Source of the DNA: Hormoscilla sp.
GTDB lineage: Bacteria > Cyanobacteriota > Cyanobacteriia > Cyanobacteriales > Desertifilaceae
NCBI GenBank assembly: GCA_051439505.1
Contig: JBFRWI010000144.1
Coordinates: 1 to 60,544 of the forward strand
Direction: 5' to 3'
Length of the DNA stretch: 60,544 bases
In this document: positions 1 to 7,352 of the stretch, one piece after another
Layout: each line of letters begins with the position of its first letter
Position numbering within the stretch: the first letter of the stretch is position 1
Notes under the pieces: model-generated
Told to the model about the DNA's origin: nothing
The model's database searches: none
Seen by the model: the letters and a program-made list of their open reading frames with translations, nothing else
Translations under genes and position numbers: made by a program

Positions 1-18
1 GGAGACCTTACCAACTTT

Positions 19-63
19 CATACTCACCTCTCATATTCTACACCTCTATGGGCGACCTGTCAA
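19..63 (-). promoter_or_regulatory. Sigma70-type promoter and probable start codon of a gene running off the left edge
   Basis: Minus strand reads TTGACA (63-58), 17-bp spacer, TAGAAT (40-35), then GAGGTG and ATG at 21-19. Two more TAGAAT copies lie near 84-89 and 182-187. Confidence 0.55.
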
Positions 64-259
64 CTTTTCGGCAATCCCCATCTATTCTACACCCCAATGC
101 CCGATCGCGTCTAACCGGTTGCCTGTCGGCGCCGCCCGATCGCACCGGATCCAGATGCCAACTTTCCGGCTAGTATATCATATTCTACTCCATTGCTAAG
201 AAATCTGCTGTAGACTGGGCATGAGGGAAGACCCAAATACCCCTCGGACAAGCGAGAGA

Positions 260-1447
260 TTACCCAGAAGTTTGCCGCAAATAAAATAACCGTTGATTAG
301 TTAAATTGCCAATATCATTCATCGACTTTGCTACTAACACTTCCCGGTTCGCTAACCACTTTTCAATCTCTTCATGAATTTGGTAACTATTATGTCCGTG
401 AAAATATAGTAGCCCCGTTGGACTCAAACGGTCTAAAAGTGCCTGGATACCTTGAAAGATTTTCTCCGGTGACTTTCGCCAAAAACATTGCAAAGTTCGC
501 CGCGTAATGATAGCATCAAATGGTCCCGGACAGTGCTGGCGCTGGAAAATATCTCCGGTGACCAATTTCACTGATTTGATTTTTTTGATAACCTGTTCTG
601 AGAATTCGGTCTGGGTTTCCTCTTGTTGTTCTTGTTGAAAATAGTCGAAGTTTTTGATATATTTGGGGGTAATCGGAAAATTAGCAAGATATTTGGTGGC
701 TTGAGATGAAATATCCAACCCTGTCACGGAAAATCCCAGATACGCTAGCATGTAAGGTTCAACGGCAATACCATTTCCGGCACAGAGAATGGTTTGGCAT
801 CCTCGCTGTTGCAGTAAGGGGATGAGTATATCGCTTTCATCGAAGAACGGATAAAGATCGTACTCAACTCTATAGTCTGAGGTCATTTGTTTCCAGAAAA
901 CATCCCAACCTTCTACATCAGTTGGGTCATTGGGGAGGGGATACCAATCCAAAACTGTTCTGGCAGCAGCGGCCACATCAAATCCTTCGGGAAATAAGCT
1001 TTTTTGATTGTAGGTAATATAGGCTAAATTTGCTCCATCAAGATTAGCACTGCGCAAGTTTGTATTACTTAAGTTAGCTTGGCGCAATCGCGCTTCTTGT
1101 AAATTAGCTTGCATCATTATCGCCCCACTTAAGTCCGCTTGCAATAATAAGGCTTCCTCTAAACTGGCTTTGGTCAGCAGCGATCGCTTCATATTAGCAC
1201 GAGTTAAATTTGCCCGGTTCAAATTGACTCGATTGAGAATTGTGGAACTGAGATTGGCACTTACAAGTATACTATCACTCAGATCTGCTTCTGTCAAATC
1301 TGCTCTACTTAATACAGAACGGGTTAAGTCAATGCCCGGCAAAGAAACTCCACTTAAATTCAGACCAGTTAAGTCCGATGCTTGAAAATTTCGTTCTCCC
1401 GCTGCGTAGCGACTTAAGAGTTCTTGTTTACTAAGTTTGTTAGGCAT
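260..1447 (-). CDS. Pentapeptide-repeat protein fused to a class I SAM-dependent methyltransferase domain
   Basis: The N-terminus has YAAGERNF plus A(D/N)Lxx repeats to ~aa150. The C-terminus has ILCAGNG...VTGLDIS, TGDIF, GPFDAII and LSPTGLLYF methyltransferase motifs. Confidence 0.75.
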   Translation of the reverse strand: MPNKLSKQELLSRYAAGERNFQASDLTGLNLSGVSLPGIDLTRSVLSRADLTEADLSDSILVSANLSSTILNRVNLNRANLTRANMKRSLLTKASLEEALLLQADLSGAIMMQANLQEARLRQANLSNTNLRSANLDGANLAYITYNQKSLFPEGFDVAAAARTVLDWYPLPNDPTDVEGWDVFWKQMTSDYRVEYDLYPFFDESDILIPLLQQRGCQTILCAGNGIAVEPYMLAYLGFSVTGLDISSQATKYLANFPITPKYIKNFDYFQQEQQEETQTEFSEQVIKKIKSVKLVTGDIFQRQHCPGPFDAIITRRTLQCFWRKSPEKIFQGIQALLDRLSPTGLLYFHGHNSYQIHEEIEKWLANREVLVAKSMNDIGNLTNQRLFYLRQTSG

Positions 1448-1697
1448 TGGTCAATCTCCTCTATAGCTTTTGGTTTTTTTCTCTCGTTACTTTACTGGGG
1501 CAATCAATAGCTAAATGCCCGATCGCCTCCAGTTACCAAGTATTGTTTTCAAAAGTCACGGATATAATTATCTTGCCCTTTTTTCTGTTGTTCTCGATCT
1601 TTCTTAACAAAAATTAAAGAAATATCGGACAAGGGCGATCGCCCCAGGAATGGGCAAAATCTCCAGCACCTGTTTGGTTTCCTACCGTCAACCCAAC

Positions 1698-4040
1698 CTA
1701 CGAGTTTTTCTCCAAGAAAGCCATATTTAAGCCAGCATTACTTAATTGCATGCGGTAGAGTGCTGCCAGTTCCTGACAACCGGACCACACAACCGCTTCC
1801 CCTTGCTTGTGAACCATATTGGCCAACTGCAAAGCCCGATCGCGCTTCATCTCAGGAATATACTTGAGCAAGCAAGCAATCACATAATCAAAGCTATGGA
1901 AATTATCGTTGAGCAGAATCACAAAATAGGAAGAGCGATCGTTATTTGCCGATTCCTCAGAGGGCGGCAAGCATTTAACATAACTAATAGCTTGCGCTAG
2001 ACCGGGATTTAGCTGTACGGTCTGATCGTAATCCGATAGTACACCCTTTAAGTCTCCTAACCTGTAGCGCACCAAACTCCGACCCCCATAGGCTTCCGCT
2101 AGATCGGCATTGAGGGCGATCGCCTGGGTATAATCTTCCAGGGCCCGGGAGTCTTCCCCGATCGCGGCCCGGGCATGAGCCCGTTGCAGATAGCCTTCAG
2201 CCTGGTTAGGATTAAGAAGCAGATTTTCCAAGTAATTTTCGATTGCCAGATCGGCAAAATGTGCTTGCAGCAGGCGGTGAGTAAAGATGTAACCTCCACC
2301 CACCTTTTGTAAAAAACCCCGTTCCGCCCCATAGTCAAGGAAACGGGCGTAGTTCCAGGGAATATCGCCATTGCTATAAAGGACCAGGCGCTGAATAAAA
2401 TGCTTAATGCATGCATCTCCGCCTTTGAGCATTGCCAGAACTAGCCCCACAACTCCTCCAGTAAAGATCGGCAGACTTAAAACATCTGGCAAAAGCACTT
2501 TTCCCATTAGTCCTGCGCCCCCCATCAAGCACAGTAAACCTCCCGTCACTGCAAACACGATCGCATTTTCCAATGACTGCCATATCCCCTCATTCGGAAC
2601 TGTAGTTTTTTCCAGCTTTTCGCTTATCATGCCGCTACATAGTAGCCCACTCACCCCCAGCACTACTCCCCAAAACAGCCCCCCAGTCAGCCCGCCACTG
2701 ACTCCACAAATCAATCCCAAAGGCAGCCATTTTTTCGCATTCCCCCAGGACCATGTTAGCGCTTCCACTGGTTCGATTGGTTCGGTTTTCGTACTCGCTG
2801 CACCTATTATCCCGCCAACTATCCCGATGCTGGGATTCCCTGCTACCAATCCCACTATCCCAGCAATCATCCCCCAAATCAAACCATTAATCCCCTTTAC
2901 CCCGAGATCGTAAGTTCGGTAGGCTTTAGTCTTTTCCTTGCCACTGAATTGCCAAAATGGTATAGTCAACTTATGCTTGGGATCCAGACGCAGCCAACTG
3001 GGCTGCATCCGCTCGATTAATAGCAGAGTTTGAGACTGCTGTTCCATCCGCCAGGCCAACCCACTCAGCCATTGCAGCGATCGGGATTGCCCATATTGAT
3101 GATATCCCGTCTGGCGGCGGGTAAACATCCGTTGAATATAAGCATTAAATAGATGTTTGCGGGGTTGGGAGTCTCGGGTCGATATATCTGTCACCGACAT
3201 GCCCTCGTAAGCGCGGGCGATCGCCTGAAGCATTACCGGTGTCGTTACCAACTCTTGCAGTTTCTTATCTGACTCAAGCAAGGTATTTAATCCGGCAATT
3301 TCTGCCCCAGCCAGATATTCCCGGACTGCTTCTGTTGTCAGGGGTTGGATGGCGATCGCCCCTTGCAGTTTCAGGCGCTGTGGGAGCATTTCATACTCTC
3401 CCAGGCGCGTCGTTACCACCATTTCCGTGCGTCCGTATTGCTGGCTAAATCGATCGATCGCCTGCACGCATAATGGCATGTAAGTGACTTCATCCAACCC
3501 ATCCAGCAACAGCAACAGTTCCTGAGATGTTATCCAACTGCGAGCAATTTGCTCGGGAACCTGATACTGGGCCTGGAGTTCGGCGACCAACCAATCGGCA
3601 AAAGTTTTTTTCTCCCGCCGCCAAAAAGATGATAGATTAAATATAACTGGAATCGGCTGGTGCATGTCTGCAAGGGCCCGATCGAGCAGGTCCCGGGCCA
3701 TGGACAACAAAATAATGGTCTTGCCAGAACCCGGTTCCCCCAGGATCAGGAGACTTCGCCCCTCTCCCAATTGGTCGAACAAGTCAATTGCCTTTGTGCC
3801 TGGGGGCAATATTTTTCGCGGTGCTTCTGGGGTTTCCCACCCCACCCCGATCGGACCTTCTATAGCATCTAGTCGTTCTGCTAGACTCAGGGAGATTGCT
3901 GGAGAGCAGATTTTTTCCAATACCCCTCTGATCCAGTAATTTCTCACCTTATTAAGTAAAGTCTGGCGGTGGCGGTAACTTTCTCTGACGGAAACTGTTT
4001 CAATCCTCTTTTGCAACTGCGGTAATGCCTGGATCTTCAT
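1698..4040 (-). CDS. NACHT NTPase with transmembrane region, TPRs and a C-terminal ClpS domain
   Basis: Walker A GEPGSGKT and Walker B LLLLDGLDEV; Gly-rich TM helices; the IPWNYARFLDY...GGGYIFTHRLL motif; 2-3 TPRs; the last ~76 aa (VILLNDNFHSFDYV...MVHKQGEAVVW...LYRMQLSNAGL) are ClpS-like. Confidence 0.85.
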   Translation of the reverse strand: MKIQALPQLQKRIETVSVRESYRHRQTLLNKVRNYWIRGVLEKICSPAISLSLAERLDAIEGPIGVGWETPEAPRKILPPGTKAIDLFDQLGEGRSLLILGEPGSGKTIILLSMARDLLDRALADMHQPIPVIFNLSSFWRREKKTFADWLVAELQAQYQVPEQIARSWITSQELLLLLDGLDEVTYMPLCVQAIDRFSQQYGRTEMVVTTRLGEYEMLPQRLKLQGAIAIQPLTTEAVREYLAGAEIAGLNTLLESDKKLQELVTTPVMLQAIARAYEGMSVTDISTRDSQPRKHLFNAYIQRMFTRRQTGYHQYGQSRSLQWLSGLAWRMEQQSQTLLLIERMQPSWLRLDPKHKLTIPFWQFSGKEKTKAYRTYDLGVKGINGLIWGMIAGIVGLVAGNPSIGIVGGIIGAASTKTEPIEPVEALTWSWGNAKKWLPLGLICGVSGGLTGGLFWGVVLGVSGLLCSGMISEKLEKTTVPNEGIWQSLENAIVFAVTGGLLCLMGGAGLMGKVLLPDVLSLPIFTGGVVGLVLAMLKGGDACIKHFIQRLVLYSNGDIPWNYARFLDYGAERGFLQKVGGGYIFTHRLLQAHFADLAIENYLENLLLNPNQAEGYLQRAHARAAIGEDSRALEDYTQAIALNADLAEAYGGRSLVRYRLGDLKGVLSDYDQTVQLNPGLAQAISYVKCLPPSEESANNDRSSYFVILLNDNFHSFDYVIACLLKYIPEMKRDRALQLANMVHKQGEAVVWSGCQELAALYRMQLSNAGLNMAFLEKNS

Positions 4041-4181
4041 ATTTATCTTACCAGATGGTATTGTATGGCCCTTTTACTGAGGCAGCAGGGATAATCTTAG
4101 TTTGCCCTATTTGGCGTTCTCATCTATCAATATTCAAGAAAGATTAACTGGCTCTGCATCATTTCTGAGAATATCATCCCT

Positions 4182-5000
4182 ATGGCTCACCAACCCCGCA
4201 AGCGCTTTGCTCAACACTGGCTCCGCAGTGACCGGGTGCTCGATCGCATCATCATGGCGGCAGAATTGGACTCCGGCGATCGGATCCTAGAAATCGGTCC
4301 CGGGACCGGTAGTCTGACTCGCAGATTATTACCCCTAGTGGAGTCGGTAGTGGCGGTAGAAATTGACCGAGATCTATGCCGGAAATTAACTTCTTCGCTG
4401 GGGAAGTCGGAAAACTTTCTCCTGCTGCAAGGGGATATCCTCTCTCTGGATTTGTCGGAGCTGCTGAGTTCTTTTCTGTCGAAACAAAACCTAAATAAAG
4501 TTGTTGCCAATATTCCCTATAATATCACGGGTCCGATTCTGGAAAAATTGCTGGGCACAATTGAACATCCTGCTGCTTTACCCTACAATATCATAGTGCT
4601 GCTCCTGCAAAAGGAAGTTGCCCAACGCCTAGTTGCCCGATCGGGCACTAGAGCCTTCGGGGCCCTGTCAGTGCGAGTGCAGTATAATGCTGAATGCGAG
4701 TTAATCTGTACGGTGCCCGCCTCTGCTTTCTACCCGCCTCCCCAGGTAGAGTCAGCAGTAGTGAGGTTGCGTCCCCGACAGTGTTCTCCAGCAGCAGTTG
4801 AGCCCCGGCACCTGGAAATGCTAGTGAAGCTGGGTTTCGCAGCTAAACGCAAAATGCTGCGCAATAATCTCAAATCAGTGGTAGAGAGCGATCGCCTGAT
4901 TGGGTTACTATCAGAATTAGGAGTGAATCCGCAAGCCCGGGCTGAAGACTTGAGTGTCAGTCAGTGGGTATCCTTAAGCAATCTCTTGGTCGCTTCGTAG
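4182..5000 (+). CDS. rsmA: 16S rRNA m6,2A dimethyltransferase KsgA/RsmA
   Basis: RKRFAQHWL, LEIGPGTG, VVANIPYNIT, QKEVAQRL and FYPPPQVES motifs. Confidence 0.97.
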   Translation: MAHQPRKRFAQHWLRSDRVLDRIIMAAELDSGDRILEIGPGTGSLTRRLLPLVESVVAVEIDRDLCRKLTSSLGKSENFLLLQGDILSLDLSELLSSFLSKQNLNKVVANIPYNITGPILEKLLGTIEHPAALPYNIIVLLLQKEVAQRLVARSGTRAFGALSVRVQYNAECELICTVPASAFYPPPQVESAVVRLRPRQCSPAAVEPRHLEMLVKLGFAAKRKMLRNNLKSVVESDRLIGLLSELGVNPQARAEDLSVSQWVSLSNLLVAS

Positions 5001-5364
5001 TAAACAAGAAGCCTGTTTGCGGGTTTCTCTAGTGACCAGGGTCTCCGGGTGCAACGATAATGCATGGTCAAGTACCAACTGACGCATGACCACACCCTCA
5101 ATTGTACCGGCAGCATTTTGGTCCATTTACATCCTGTGCTACCACGACCCCGTGGAAACTTCAGTAATTATGCTTAATTTAGCTCGTCATCCACCTAGTT
5201 TAAGCTTAAATTTCCATTTTGATCTGCGTGAAAATATTTATTTAGGCTAGATCGAGAACACTCTGAGGGGCACTTATTTACTCAAGCTTACGTAATTATA
5301 CTAATAATTACGCCCCCAGCCACCCACCCCTGGGAGAAAAATTTCATTAAAAATTAAAAAGGGG

Positions 5365-5394
5365 GTGACACCCCACGCCCCTATCGTGTAAGAT
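5365..5394 (+). promoter_or_regulatory. Putative promoter of a small RNA
   Basis: GTGACA (5365-5370), 18-bp spacer, TAAGAT (5389-5394), about 6 nt before the candidate sRNA. Confidence 0.5.
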
Positions 5395-5400
5395 TATGGT

Positions 5401-5451
5401 AAATAGATGCACCCTGATGGTAGAGGAGAGCCTTATGGCTCTCCTTTTTTT
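5401..5451 (+). ncRNA. Candidate ~50-nt sRNA, NsiR1-like
   Basis: The 5' motif TAGATGCACCCTGAT matches my recollection of the NsiR1 5' end. It is followed by the hairpin GGAGAGCC-ttat-GGCTCTCC and a T7 run. No ORF is present. Confidence 0.55.
5425..5451 (+). terminator. Rho-independent terminator
   Basis: Perfect 8-bp stem (5425-5432 with 5437-5444) followed by TTTTTTT. Confidence 0.8.
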
Positions 5452-5524
5452 GTCTGTGACTCGCAGTCACCGAACCAGTGATTGATATAATCTGCTCTCA
5501 AACTGAAGCAGAGAAGAAAGCAAT

Positions 5525-6766
5525 ATGTCTGACTGGCAAGAGATTAGTGGTGGAGTAACGGCACCCAAGGGATATCAAGCAGCTGGGATTACAGCAGGTC
5601 TGAAGCCATCAGGACAACCGGACTTGGCCTTGATCTGGTCCGAGGTGGATGCGATCGCGGCTGGCGTGTTCACGACGGTGCAAGTAAGGGCGACCTGTGT
5701 AGACTACTGTCGTCAGGTTCTGGATAAAAAACCCAGCGCCAGAGCAATTTTGTGCAATGCAGGCCAGGCGAATGCAGCTACCGGTACCCAAGGCGAACAA
5801 GATGCCATGGAAAGCGCCCAACTACTGGGCGAAGCATTGCACATTCCCCCAGAATCAATATTGCTGGCCTCTACAGGGGTGATTGGCGAACGGATCAAGA
5901 TGGATGCACTGCGCAGTGGCATTCCCCAGTTGGTACAAGCACTGGCAGTAGATGGCTCCGATGCCGCAGCTAAGGCTATTTGTACGACAGATTTGGTCCC
6001 CAAGTCAATAGCCCTGGAGACCATGATGGGCGATCGCCCGGTGCGGGTCGGCGGCATAAGCAAGGGTTCGGGGATGATCCACCCCAATATGGCCACCATG
6101 CTAGCCTTCGTTACCTGCGACGCTGCCGTATCTCCCCCCCTCTGGCAAGAAATGCTCCATCGGGCAGCCGATCGCAGCTTTAATCAAATTACCGTAGATG
6201 GGGATACTAGCACCAATGACACCCTGATCGCCCTGACCAACGGTCAATCCCGGACCAGTGCCATCACCAAAATGGGTCCAGAGGCAGAAAAACTCGAAGG
6301 GATGTTAACAGCAGTCTGTCAGCATTTAGCAAAGGCGATCGCCCGGGACGGGGAAGGTGCCACCTGCTTAGTAGAAGTGCGAGTTTCCGGTGCCGATAAT
6401 GAAGCAGCGGCCCGTCAAGTGGCCAAGACCATCGTCGGTTCATCCTTAGTCAAATCAGCCATCTTCGGGCGCGACCCCAACTGGGGGCGAATAGCTGCCG
6501 CCGCTGGACGCGCGGGAGTGCAATTCGATCCCGAAAATCTCCGCATTCAACTGGGGGATTTCTTGCTGATGGAAAATGGTCAACCCCTGGCGTTCGATCG
6601 GGCAGCAGCGAGTGAATATATCAAGAAAGCAGCAGCAGGGGCTTACTTAAAAGCAGATACAGTATTAATCTCCGTGAGTATCGGCAATGGTGCCGGGACA
6701 GGGATTGCCTGGGGCTGCGATCTGAGTTACGATTACGTGAAGATTAACGCCGAGTACACCACTTAA
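5525..6766 (+). CDS. argJ: Bifunctional ornithine acetyltransferase / N-acetylglutamate synthase
   Basis: GGVTAPKGY, ASTGVIG, KGSGMIHPNMATML, DGDTSTND, DPNWGRI and CDLSYDYVKINAEYT motifs. Confidence 0.97.
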   Translation: MSDWQEISGGVTAPKGYQAAGITAGLKPSGQPDLALIWSEVDAIAAGVFTTVQVRATCVDYCRQVLDKKPSARAILCNAGQANAATGTQGEQDAMESAQLLGEALHIPPESILLASTGVIGERIKMDALRSGIPQLVQALAVDGSDAAAKAICTTDLVPKSIALETMMGDRPVRVGGISKGSGMIHPNMATMLAFVTCDAAVSPPLWQEMLHRAADRSFNQITVDGDTSTNDTLIALTNGQSRTSAITKMGPEAEKLEGMLTAVCQHLAKAIARDGEGATCLVEVRVSGADNEAAARQVAKTIVGSSLVKSAIFGRDPNWGRIAAAAGRAGVQFDPENLRIQLGDFLLMENGQPLAFDRAAASEYIKKAAAGAYLKADTVLISVSIGNGAGTGIAWGCDLSYDYVKINAEYTT

Positions 6767-6890
6767 GCAATTCAAAATTCCAAATTCAAAATGCCAAAGG
6801 GGCGTTGCACATTATGCTTCGCCCCTGGGTGCATACCATATGCACCCGGAACATCCGGAATATTCCCCCGGGCCGAAGTTAATCCAAATC

Positions 6891-7172
6891 CAATACTTCT
6901 CAGTTAAGGATATAGGTTGTCATTGCGAGGGGGGGGGACGTAGCGATTATTTATGCGAAATTGAGTTAACCCCCCCGAAGCAATCCCCGCCCTATATGGG
7001 ATGAAGAGCACTGCGGCGTTGTCGGTGAGATTGCTAGCCCTCCTGCGTCGGGCCGCTGCGCTTTTACGAAGTGCGCGACGCAGGAGCGCTACGGGGGTCT
7101 GATCGCGGTGATCCCGGAAGATGTCGGTTTGGCCCCCCCTCGCAATGACAGGTTATTAACCGAGAAGTATTG
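6891..7172 (+). mobile_element. MITE family A, copy 1
   Basis: Terminal inverted repeats CAATACTTCTCAGTTAA / TTAACCGAGAAGTATTG and an internal GTCATTGCGAG...CTCGCAATGAC palindrome. Homologous to three other copies in the window. The target-site duplication is unclear. Confidence 0.8.
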
Positions 7173-7265
7173 GGAGTTAATCAGTCTGGTATTGTTGTCA
7201 CTAAGCTGTCGAGCATTTAAATTGCATAGGCCGAAACTCTGAACCCTTGTTATTATTGGCTTTCC

Positions 7266-7352
7266 CAATTTGGAATTTGGAATTTGGAATTTGGAATTTT
7301 GAATTGTTAACCTCACCCAAATTAACAATTAGCCATCAACAATTAACCATTA
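7266..7352. repeat. Heptanucleotide STRR-type tandem repeats
   Basis: (TTTGGAA)n then (AATTAAC)n-like tracts. Similar 7-mer tracts occur at ~6768, 21390, 26940-27040, 31825, 41100, 43868 and 53258. Confidence 0.75.
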
